A stretch of 48,194 nucleotides of DNA from a virus (Duplodnaviria; Caudoviricetes). This document shows positions 28,495 through 36,129 of this stretch, one piece after another. Below the pieces are notes generated by a model, which was given only the letters and a program-made list of their open reading frames with translations, was not told the origin of the DNA and did not search any database. Made by a program: the position numbers and the translations under genes. The stretch is from positions 1 to 48,194 of the IMG/VR virus record IMGVR_UViG_3300022670_000218. One strand, 5' to 3'. Numbering within the stretch: the first letter of the stretch is position 1; each line of letters begins with the position of its first letter.

Positions 28495-28746
28495 ATGAAA
28501 GCACAGGAGAAAGCAAAAGAACTGGTAGAGAAGTTTAAGGGTATAACAACATGTCCTACTGATTATTCTAATGAGCCGGTTCCTGATGACCATACAGATG
28601 AAGCCAAAGAATGCGCTATATTATGCTGTGGTCAAATAATTGAAAACACCATAATTGATACTAATCTTGACAGCCTCTACATGTTTACAAAAGAATACTG
28701 GGAAGATGTAAAAATAGAAATATATGAAATTAAACCCAGTAATTAA
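28495..28746 (+). CDS. hypothetical protein
   Basis: KAKELVEKF..AKECAI..YWEDVK.EI pattern. Confidence 0.55.
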   Translation: MKAQEKAKELVEKFKGITTCPTDYSNEPVPDDHTDEAKECAILCCGQIIENTIIDTNLDSLYMFTKEYWEDVKIEIYEIKPSN

Positions 28747-28756
28747 CAATAGAACG

Positions 28757-29140
28757 ATGCCAATAGATTATTCCAATTACCCGAAGAACTGGCTTTCTGA
28801 GATTCGGCCAAGGATAATGAAACGTGCAAATAATACTTGTGAGTTTGAAGGGTGCGATTTTGAGCATACGGAACACGTTTGGAGCGTTAAATACAGGGGC
28901 AAGGTAACTGGATGGTTCAGGGATTATCACGAAGCTATAAAGTCCCCTATTACCATTGAGTGTAAAAACGGTAAAACGATACCTAATCCAAAACCAGTAA
29001 AAGTTGTTTTAACTATTGCGCATTTAGATCATGACGAAACCAATAAAAACATAACTGATGATCGTTTAAAAGCCGCGTGTCAATTATGCCATTTAAGGTA
29101 TGATGCAAAAGAAAAATATCGAAGAAAACACCAAAAGTGA
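28757..29140 (+). CDS. HNH endonuclease-like protein
   Basis: RANNTCE..VVLTIAHLDHDETN..LKAACQLCHLRYD. Confidence 0.75.
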   Translation: MPIDYSNYPKNWLSEIRPRIMKRANNTCEFEGCDFEHTEHVWSVKYRGKVTGWFRDYHEAIKSPITIECKNGKTIPNPKPVKVVLTIAHLDHDETNKNITDDRLKAACQLCHLRYDAKEKYRRKHQK

Positions 29141-29526
29141 ATGGAAAAACAAAACACACCCAGAAAGAGAAGGCGGGTAAAAATAGCCAGGATAATAGAT
29201 CATGCAGGCAACATAAAACAGGTAAGATGCAACGACACACAGCAATATATTTCAAAGAGTCAGGAATAGACCCGCATGGATTCGTAGAATGCGAGGTGTG
29301 TGGCGCTTCTTCTGTAGACGTAAACCACATTGACGCTCGCGGCATGGGTGGAAATCCAAAAAAAGACAAGGAAGTATTTGAGAATCTAATGGCATCCTGT
29401 AGGCGTTGTCATAATGATTTCGCTGATAAACAGGCATACAAAGAATTCCTTAAGCGCAGACACGCGGAAAACTTCCCTGGTAAATTAAAGTACGTTGAGG
29501 AAACAGGTAAAATAATACGCATATGA
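29137..29526 (+). CDS. HNH endonuclease-like protein (start may be 29227)
   Basis: CEVCG..DVNHIDARGMGG..ENLMASCRRCH. Confidence 0.75.
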   Translation: MNGKTKHTQKEKAGKNSQDNRSCRQHKTGKMQRHTAIYFKESGIDPHGFVECEVCGASSVDVNHIDARGMGGNPKKDKEVFENLMASCRRCHNDFADKQAYKEFLKRRHAENFPGKLKYVEETGKIIRI

Positions 29527-29563
29527 AAGAACTAAAAACTTTCAAATAAAAGCATTATCTTGG

Positions 29564-29773
29564 GTGCCTACAATCCCCCTAATGGAAATAGGAGACCCAG
29601 TATATTGCAAATTCGATTTATTTTATGTGAAATTCCTAGGGGACGAACCAACACCTTTAAAATCAGGAGTTGCAAGCTTTAGAATCAAGCTAGTATTAGG
29701 AGGGAAATACGTAATTACATTTGGTAGCAAATTATTTGTTGTTGAAAAGCAGGATCTTTATCATAAAAAATGA
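29564..29773 (+). CDS. hypothetical protein
   Basis: 69 aa, ATGA overlap with next gene. Confidence 0.4.
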   Translation: MPTIPLMEIGDPVYCKFDLFYVKFLGDEPTPLKSGVASFRIKLVLGGKYVITFGSKLFVVEKQDLYHKK

Positions 29774-30186
29774 AAACACTACAGCCAGGAGACTTCAAAG
29801 AAGGACATTTATTGAAAACAGGATCAGGAGACGAATTTTTGGCCAATAAACATACGGTAACCTTTTACAAAGCACTTCACCACAGGCTAGGACTCATCAA
29901 CCCCGTTGAAATAACTACCGACATGCTATTTAGATGTAAGCAATTTAGCAGTTTCGGGCACCTACGGAACCAATGGGTATGCAATGAAAGTGTATTTAAA
30001 TGCAAAGACCGGATATTTGTAGACGAGAATAAAGAGGAAGTATGCGAAAGTATTAAGTTAATCATGGAATTTGATGAGTACCTTTTTTACAGAAATGAAA
30101 TTCTTATCAAAAGCATTGTCTACATCCACGAATTGCAGGCCACTTTCCTGGAGCATACGGGGGAGGAACTTAAAATAAACACCTAA
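29770..30186 (+). CDS. hypothetical protein (related to 41730-42104)
   Basis: Ends IHELQATFLEHTGEEL versus IHKIQNLFYELTGEEL. Confidence 0.55.
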   Translation: MKTLQPGDFKEGHLLKTGSGDEFLANKHTVTFYKALHHRLGLINPVEITTDMLFRCKQFSSFGHLRNQWVCNESVFKCKDRIFVDENKEEVCESIKLIMEFDEYLFYRNEILIKSIVYIHELQATFLEHTGEELKINT

Positions 30187-30190
30187 ATAG

Positions 30191-30221
30191 TTTGCAGTTA
30201 CCGGAATAATTAGTACATTTG
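30191..30221 (+). promoter_or_regulatory. consensus Bacteroidota promoter
   Basis: TTTG (30191) N19 TACATTTG (30214). Confidence 0.75.
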
Positions 30222-30225
30222 AATA

Positions 30226-30345
30226 AGCGGTTCGACAAACGCAAAAAAAATTATAAACACAGTAAAGCAAAGGACAATCCAACACGTCGAACCGTTGAGG
30301 GTTTCATGCCCACGTCCTGCGCTTGCTGTTTAAGGTTCGACAATT
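30226..30345 (+). ncRNA. structured leader RNA, copy 3 (divergent)
   Basis: CGGTTCGAC pairs with loop GTCGAACCG; second GGTTCGACAA just before ATG. Confidence 0.6.
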
Positions 30346-30711
30346 ATGAAAATTATACCAGACAAAACTAAATTATTTCCAAAGTCAGTTGTTGATGCGT
30401 ATGCAGAAATGGTAGAAGCAAGAGAGGCGTATTCAATAGCATGTAGGGAATACGCGCCTGAACCACCTTTGAAAAAAGGGGATAAAATACAGGTTAAAAA
30501 CATAAATTCAGGAAAGTTTGAAAACTGTATTGTCAGCACTGACCCTAGTTACGATCCTTATTCTAGTCATGACATGTTTGAAGGGTTTAGTATTATTGTC
30601 ACTGTTTATAACAAGACATTCACTAATAAATTAAAAAGAAGACATAGTATTAATTTAGTCTCAAATGGGTGGAAAGATGATGAGATTATTCTAATAGAAA
30701 GATTTAAGTAA
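30346..30711 (+). CDS. hypothetical protein
   Basis: 121 aa directly after leader RNA. Confidence 0.55.
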   Translation: MKIIPDKTKLFPKSVVDAYAEMVEAREAYSIACREYAPEPPLKKGDKIQVKNINSGKFENCIVSTDPSYDPYSSHDMFEGFSIIVTVYNKTFTNKLKRRHSINLVSNGWKDDEIILIERFK

Positions 30712-30723
30712 GGCTATAGTATA

Positions 30724-31044
30724 TTGATTATGGCAAAGGTGGATTGGGATATTGTTAAGAAGAATGTAAAATCAGGGCTTTGGATACCTAGAATTTATAT
30801 TACGACTGTTAGGTATCTTAGCAATCCGCTTTCTTTCGGTAGTAAACGACACAGTACTTACACCGAGTATGAATTTAATTTGATTAATTCTTTTTGCCTT
30901 AAAGAACATACTAGAATACAAGGGGTAGATTGTGGAAGTAAGTTTGGAAATCTACATCAGTATAGGAATTTTTTGTGCGGTAAACTAGATTTGAAAAAAA
31001 CTGATTTCCAAATAAGGAAACATAGAGTATCAAAATCCTATTGA
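30724..31044 (+). CDS. hypothetical protein
   Basis: 106 aa. Confidence 0.45.
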   Translation: MIMAKVDWDIVKKNVKSGLWIPRIYITTVRYLSNPLSFGSKRHSTYTEYEFNLINSFCLKEHTRIQGVDCGSKFGNLHQYRNFLCGKLDLKKTDFQIRKHRVSKSY

Positions 31045-31082
31045 AAAACTGGAAAAAGGAAATACTAAAAAGGGAGTTTAAT

Positions 31083-31241
31083 ATGAATGATTCAATACAT
31101 ACAATTTGGGAAAAGTGCATTGAAATAGGATTAAAATGTAATGAGTCAGATGCACATGACATTTATCTAGCATTAAAAGAAAAGGGGTATATTTCTGAAA
31201 AGGGTAGAAAATCAAAGCGAACAAAAATAAATAAAGTTTAA
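31083..31241 (+). CDS. small protein, paralogue of 34738-34887
   Basis: IWE..GLKC..SDA..I..AL...GYISEKG.KSK shared. Confidence 0.6.
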   Translation: MNDSIHTIWEKCIEIGLKCNESDAHDIYLALKEKGYISEKGRKSKRTKINKV

Positions 31242-31512
31242 CACCGATCAGACGGAACGGTGCCGGAGTACTTAACCTGCTCCGGAGGAATTGAAGAGTA
31301 AACAGTTAATGTGAATGATTTTAATCATATAGAGACGCTCTTACTAGCATGTTGGCATTACAGAGGTGTAGCCGTAAAATAACAATTACCGTTTAACAAT
31401 TCACCTTGGAGCGAAAAGCGAAAACTTTTAAACTAGTGTACACGAAAACTCATGCTTTACATTAACTGTTTTTAAATTAAGAGAGTATAGGCAATTGGCC
31501 TGTACCCTTTAT

Positions 31513-31595
31513 GCCGGAGTGGCTGAATTACAAGCGAGGAAACAGGGGTAAAATATATCTGACACCTTTATGAATCTTAATTGATTCCTCCGGCA
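31513..31595 (+). ncRNA. degenerate tRNA-like element (Leu/Ser-like ends)
   Basis: GCCGGAG/CTCCGGC acceptor stem and TGGCTGAATT D-arm start; no canonical T-loop or anticodon arm. Confidence 0.35.
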
Positions 31596-32097
31596 CTAAA
31601 CCATAACTGTATGAGCTGTGGTAATGAAATAAAGCGTGTCTAAAGAGTGAAGTAAAACGTAACTAACTAATGACGCTACATAGTTCCTATTTAGGATTGA
31701 GGAATCTGTTTAGAATAGATAAATCAATTACTTAGGGTAGTGCACTCACACGTTTTAACATTGAAATAAAGAACCATCCGCTTAACGCAGACAGTGGCAA
31801 GGATACTCTATTATTAGAGGTGACCGCAGGAAGGAAAGGGGATTATAATTCCTCATTAGCAGCCTGATATTGTTATCACAATCACTCCAAGTAGTGGTTA
31901 GTCTGTTGTTAAGGTAATTGTTTGATTAAATCCCTTGAAACCGATATAGGTAAAAGGTGTGTATTAAGTAGTGATTTGTGTTGATCTACGAATTGCCTTA
32001 TTGTTTATGAAAATAATTATGCACTTGGGCCGGATGATTCTTTTGTGAAATACCAGTTGTAAACAAATAGTTGACAACTGAATTGAAATACAGTCTA

Positions 32098-32220
32098 AAG
32101 CAGATAGCTCAATCGGCAGAGCTCGTGACGTTAATCGCGGTAACCCTGTGTGGGTATGTAAGAGGTGGAATTGATCACCATGGGTAGCATATGGTATAGG
32201 TTCGAATCCTGTTCTGCTAA
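32098..32220 (+). ncRNA. tRNA-Asn-like RNA with 6-nt anticodon loop and ~55-nt variable-region insertion
   Basis: AGCAGA/TCTGCT acceptor, TAGCTCAATCGGCAGAGC D arm, CGTGA-cgttaa-TCGCG, ATAGG-TTCGAAT-CCTGT T arm. Confidence 0.6.
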
Positions 32221-32250
32221 AGACTGTGTTTTTGGTTTGCAAACATAGAA

Positions 32251-32276
32251 ATCCCCGGGCAACAGTGCCCGGGGAT
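32251..32276. terminator. strong GC hairpin ending the ncRNA block
   Basis: ATCCCCGGGCA-acag-TGCCCGGGGAT, 11 bp; no clear U-tail. Confidence 0.45.
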
Positions 32277-32316
32277 AATTAAAAGTACACTAGTGCAGTG
32301 CACTAGTTAATTAAGA

Positions 32317-32523
32317 TTGATTATGGCTAAATACATTTTAAAGCACAATGAATTGATAGTCCTTAATTCAGAGGGTAAACCAGTTGCAGGATTCAAGGTA
32401 AAAGACCCAATGGAAGGATTGTTTGATCGGAAATCATTAAATAACATGCCGGTTACTAAGGATTATTTTGCAATGGCTCAGGCTGAATATAACGGGTCAT
32501 ATTATGATTTAAGTAGCAGTTAA
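32317..32523 (+). CDS. hypothetical protein
   Basis: 68 aa. Confidence 0.5.
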   Translation: MIMAKYILKHNELIVLNSEGKPVAGFKVKDPMEGLFDRKSLNNMPVTKDYFAMAQAEYNGSYYDLSSS

Positions 32524-32543
32524 AAGCATATAAATACAACACT

Positions 32544-32873
32544 ATGGAAGAACCGATAACACACCCTACAGCCGTAATGGCTAAGGAGAAAGGATTTGTA
32601 TTTACTTATGAATTTGGATTTAAGGGCAAAAACGAAGACATGTACATTAATCTTGTGTCTCAATCAGTCCTAGCGCGATGGTTAAGGGAGAAGCACGGTA
32701 TATGCGCTTACATCGATTGGCTTCAAATGAGAGCGGTAATATGTACTCTTTTTACCATAAGAAAACCAAGTGTACATATTTTATCAACTTGGTCAATTCT
32801 AATTAAGGATAATCCAGAAATTGCATTGGATGAATTATTCCAGGAAGCATTAAAACTAATACCTGCACAATAA
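32544..32873 (+). CDS. hypothetical phage protein
   Basis: AKEKGF..SQSVLARWLREKHGI..QEALKLI pattern. Confidence 0.6.
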   Translation: MEEPITHPTAVMAKEKGFVFTYEFGFKGKNEDMYINLVSQSVLARWLREKHGICAYIDWLQMRAVICTLFTIRKPSVHILSTWSILIKDNPEIALDELFQEALKLIPAQ

Positions 32874-32908
32874 AGGAAAACACTAAACAGCTTTAAATCC
32901 AAACAAAT

Positions 32909-33550
32909 ATGCCATTAACACCGAAAGATTATTATAAAGAAACATTTGGATCTGACCCCGGAAGAAATATCACTTTTTCAGGGGAAAACGTGGTTAAATT
33001 CGCAGAGAATTATTATAGGTTAAAAACTGAATCCGTTAAGCCCGTAGTGCTGAGTAACGAAATGGTTTACAGAAGAATTGAGTCTTATAAAAAGGACATT
33101 CATAATCTTGAAACAGAAATTAGCCATTATCTAAAAAACATAGGTAAAACATCAGATAGACAATGTGCATTAATGGTTGTTGATTCTTCAAGACTTAGCA
33201 TAAGAATAAAAGAATTAGAATGGGCCCGTGTAATCATAACCGGAAGTAAGGAAGACACAGAAAACCGTAAATTAATATCTGATGTAGCTGATAAAATAAG
33301 GGAAGGATCTTATGAAATTAATTTATCTGAAAAGGAAGAAGTAAAGGAAACCGGATGGATAAGCATCAACGATCGTTTGCCTGAATATAAAAAGAGTGTT
33401 ATTTTCCATTATAAAGACGGATATACGGATTTGGGCGATATACAGGAACTAGAAGGAAAAACATGCTTATGCACGAATGATGGTTACATCTTGTTGAGTG
33501 ATTCAAGGATTACCCATTGGATGCCAGAACCAGAACCACCAAAAGATTAA
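32909..33550 (+). CDS. DUF551-domain protein
   Basis: C-terminal WISINDRLPE..ITHWMPEPEPP. Confidence 0.75.
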   Translation: MPLTPKDYYKETFGSDPGRNITFSGENVVKFAENYYRLKTESVKPVVLSNEMVYRRIESYKKDIHNLETEISHYLKNIGKTSDRQCALMVVDSSRLSIRIKELEWARVIITGSKEDTENRKLISDVADKIREGSYEINLSEKEEVKETGWISINDRLPEYKKSVIFHYKDGYTDLGDIQELEGKTCLCTNDGYILLSDSRITHWMPEPEPPKD

Positions 33551-33552
33551 CC

Positions 33553-34080
33553 ATGGAACCAAGCAAAGAAATATGGAAAGATATACCAGGATACGAAGGG
33601 TCGTATAAAGTGTCTAGTTACGGAAGGGTGAAGAGTTTGAAACGAACGGTTAAGGGAAAATTAAATTCAAATCGAATTATTCAGGATAAAATAATATCAC
33701 CAAGCAAAGACAGGAAAGGATATTTAAGGGCGTATCTAACAAAAAGTGGTATTACTAAAACAATTAGTGTTCATCAGTTAGTAGCCATGGCTTTTTTGGG
33801 TCATAAACGTTGCGGAATGCTCCTTGTTGTGGATCATAATGATGATGATAAGGTTAATAATTTTTACAAAAACTTACGGATAATTACAAATGTAGACAAT
33901 GTAAGAAAAAATAAAAATGGTGTAAATTCTATTAATACCGGAGTATCTTGGCGTAAAAGAAGCAAAAAGTGGATATCTAGAATTACCATTGATACAAAAG
34001 TACATCATTTAGGAAGTTTTGATTGTGAAAAACAAGCATCAGAAGCATATCAAGCTAAACTTAGTGAAATAAAAGAATAG
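33553..34080 (+). CDS. NUMOD4-HNH homing endonuclease with AP2-like C-terminus
   Basis: EIWKDIPGYEGSYKVSSYGRVKS; VHQLVAMAF..VDHND.DK.NN..NL; GVSW..KW.SRI..LGSF..E..A..AY. Confidence 0.85.
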   Translation: MEPSKEIWKDIPGYEGSYKVSSYGRVKSLKRTVKGKLNSNRIIQDKIISPSKDRKGYLRAYLTKSGITKTISVHQLVAMAFLGHKRCGMLLVVDHNDDDKVNNFYKNLRIITNVDNVRKNKNGVNSINTGVSWRKRSKKWISRITIDTKVHHLGSFDCEKQASEAYQAKLSEIKE

Positions 34081-34205
34081 AATTTGAACCCTAAAGGGAC
34101 TCGTGACCCACTCCCTGCGGTCGCTCTTGTCACGCTTTCAAATTCTATGGGGACACCGATCAAAATCAACCCCAAAAACGCACGGAAGCGACCTGCAAGA
34201 CCAAA

Positions 34206-34274
34206 GCAACTTAACATAACGTAAACATTATAAAACAGCAAGCGGATTTATAATTAAGCGTTATGTTAAGTTGC
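34206..34274. repeat. 16-bp perfect inverted repeat containing attC-like core boxes
   Basis: GCAACTTAACATAACG (34206) / CGTTATGTTAAGTTGC (34259). Confidence 0.8.
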
Positions 34275-34366
34275 CACACGACCCACCACTGGAAGTAGCT
34301 GTTTATAATTTATAATGAAAAACAATGTAATAATTGATCAATGAAAACTAATTAGAATATAGAATT

Positions 34367-34573
34367 ATGGAATACACAGAACCAAAAATACACAAAGAAA
34401 AAACTCAATTAGGTAATTTACCTATAGAGTTTGAAGGAGAGCAATTTAAGGGGTCGGAAATACTTGATACAAGAGTTAAGTTAAACGGAGAAACACTATG
34501 TTGGATTACATGGGTGAATAAGGATATCTTTTTAAGAGAACTATCCAGGACTATATCAAAGTATGAAATTTAA
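34367..34573 (+). CDS. hypothetical protein
   Basis: 68 aa. Confidence 0.5.
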   Translation: MEYTEPKIHKEKTQLGNLPIEFEGEQFKGSEILDTRVKLNGETLCWITWVNKDIFLRELSRTISKYEI

Positions 34574-34694
34574 AACCCTCCAACAGTTTAGGCAGTTCGT
34601 CATATTAATTGCATTATCAGCGTAGTTTTATTGTGTTAAATAAAGAAATTGTGTAATATATTAAAAATAATACACAAAGAATGAAACATTAAAT

Positions 34695-34702
34695 TATCTT
34701 TG
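34695..34702 (+). promoter_or_regulatory. promoter -7 box
   Basis: TATCTTTG followed by CGTATAC, as at the 16833 promoter. Confidence 0.5.
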
Positions 34703-34737
34703 GCGTATACAGAAGTATGAAACAAACACAAACAACC

Positions 34738-34887
34738 ATGAAAAACATAACAGATCTTATTTGGGAAACCGCATTGCACCTGGGTTTAAAATGTCAGGGA
34801 TCAGACGCCCTTGAAATTTTAAAAGCCCTTGAAAGGGAAGGTTACATTTCTGAAAAGGGCATGAAATCAAAACTTAAGGATAAATGA
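34738..34887 (+). CDS. 49-aa protein (not in ORF track), paralogue of 31083-31241
   Basis: MKNITDLIWETALHLGLKCQGSDALEILKALEREGYISEKGMKSKLKDK; ATGA overlap with next gene. Confidence 0.65.
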   Translation: MKNITDLIWETALHLGLKCQGSDALEILKALEREGYISEKGMKSKLKDK

Positions 34888-35081
34888 TCTACCATTACGT
34901 AAACAAACGCACCGGAGAGGCCCTGGTATTCGGTTCTCTAGCTGTTATACCGGATCATGTTGAAGTAACCAGGATACAACTAAGATACTGCTTCACGGAT
35001 AAGAAAGAATTGAAGTACGAAGACCACACCCATTTGATAAAAAAGCTTGAGGAGGTGATCAGAAGTAAACGTAAAAATTAA
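34884..35081 (+). CDS. hypothetical protein
   Basis: 65 aa. Confidence 0.55.
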   Translation: MIYHYVNKRTGEALVFGSLAVIPDHVEVTRIQLRYCFTDKKELKYEDHTHLIKKLEEVIRSKRKN

Positions 35082-35088
35082 AACGACT

Positions 35089-35547
35089 ATGGAAAACAAG
35101 GAATTATTATTTAAAGCGCTGTGCAGTTATCTGCCTTATGACCCTAAAATAAAGTTTACGGACAGTGATAATATTTTTGGAATTACATTTGAATCTACGC
35201 CTCAATGGGATGATACTCTGTATCCAATGGCTACCCTTAAATTCACGCTTGAATTATCGCGTACAATCGGATGGGGATTATTATTAAGACCGTTAAGCCA
35301 ATTGACAAAAGAGATCGATCACAACGGGGAAAAGTTTGTTCCAATTGAAAGGTTATATGAAATGTTTGGAGGGGGTTACTCTTCAATAAATAGTTTTACC
35401 ATCTCAAACTTAAATGATTTTACAATACCAAGATTATTGAATTATTCTAGGCATTCAACTTTATTAGAATGGCACTTTGATTGTTTTGGCCTGATTGAAG
35501 AAGGACTTGCAATTGATATTAATACAGTTAAGAGTTCAGCAGTTTAG
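35089..35547 (+). CDS. hypothetical phage protein
   Basis: LRPLSQLTKEIDHNGEKFVPIE..WHFD.FGLIE.GLAIDIN pattern. Confidence 0.6.
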   Translation: MENKELLFKALCSYLPYDPKIKFTDSDNIFGITFESTPQWDDTLYPMATLKFTLELSRTIGWGLLLRPLSQLTKEIDHNGEKFVPIERLYEMFGGGYSSINSFTISNLNDFTIPRLLNYSRHSTLLEWHFDCFGLIEEGLAIDINTVKSSAV

Positions 35548-35647
35548 GCAAATAATCCAAAGCCAGAGGGTCACGTTCCAAAAAGTAACCCTCTGCCCTT
35601 TCAGGTATCCAGACATTGTCTACGTAGTTAGCAAACACCGAGTAATC

Positions 35648-35875
35648 ATGAGCGACAAAAATACAGAATTATCACAATTTACTGTTCTATTGAAGAAGAA
35701 ACCTGATGAGAATTATTATACTTCACACATAGAGGGTATTCCCATGATGTGTGCTAAAGGAGAAACGGAGGAGGAAGCATTTATGAACCTGGGTAAATTA
35801 TGGTACGGTTATAGTAAGTTTGAAGAGCAACAGATGCATTTAATGATGCGTGAGCAGATGAAACTTAATAAATAA
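35648..35875 (+). CDS. HicB-like N-terminal domain protein
   Basis: YYTSHIEGIP..CAKGETEEEAFMNL motif. Confidence 0.55.
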   Translation: MSDKNTELSQFTVLLKKKPDENYYTSHIEGIPMMCAKGETEEEAFMNLGKLWYGYSKFEEQQMHLMMREQMKLNK

Positions 35876-35877
35876 TT

Positions 35878-36129
35878 ATGAAACTTAAATTATCATGGAT
35901 TCCTACAGTTGAATCTGAAATACAATTAAAATTTGAAACACTCTACCATGAAATACTATCCATAAGCGATGATAAGGAAATGACTGAAAGAATAGTAAAA
36001 TATTCTAAATCATACCCTGATCAAATAAAATTCATGAAATACGCCAAACATGAATTGCTAAAAGGTAATAACCTTATACCTCCAACAACTTTGGAAGGTA
36101 TTCCAATGCAACCGGGTCTCGATCCTTGA
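35878..36129 (+). CDS. hypothetical protein
   Basis: 83 aa, convergent overlap with Bro-N gene. Confidence 0.4.
   Translation: MKLKLSWIPTVESEIQLKFETLYHEILSISDDKEMTERIVKYSKSYPDQIKFMKYAKHELLKGNNLIPPTTLEGIPMQPGLDP

Noticed and set aside
31660-31745. Hammerhead or theta/HDV-like ribozyme
   Set aside because: CTAATGA is not followed by a properly placed GAAA core, and I could not build an HDV fold by eye
31820-31870. SRP-RNA-like CAGG..AGCAG motif
   Set aside because: Spacing and flanking helix do not fit SRP domain IV; no GNRA-capped helix
31906-31915. TTGTTAAGGT antisense to ACCTTAACAA leaders at 27509 and 27761
   Set aside because: Only 10 nt, AT-rich and largely sequestered in a predicted stem
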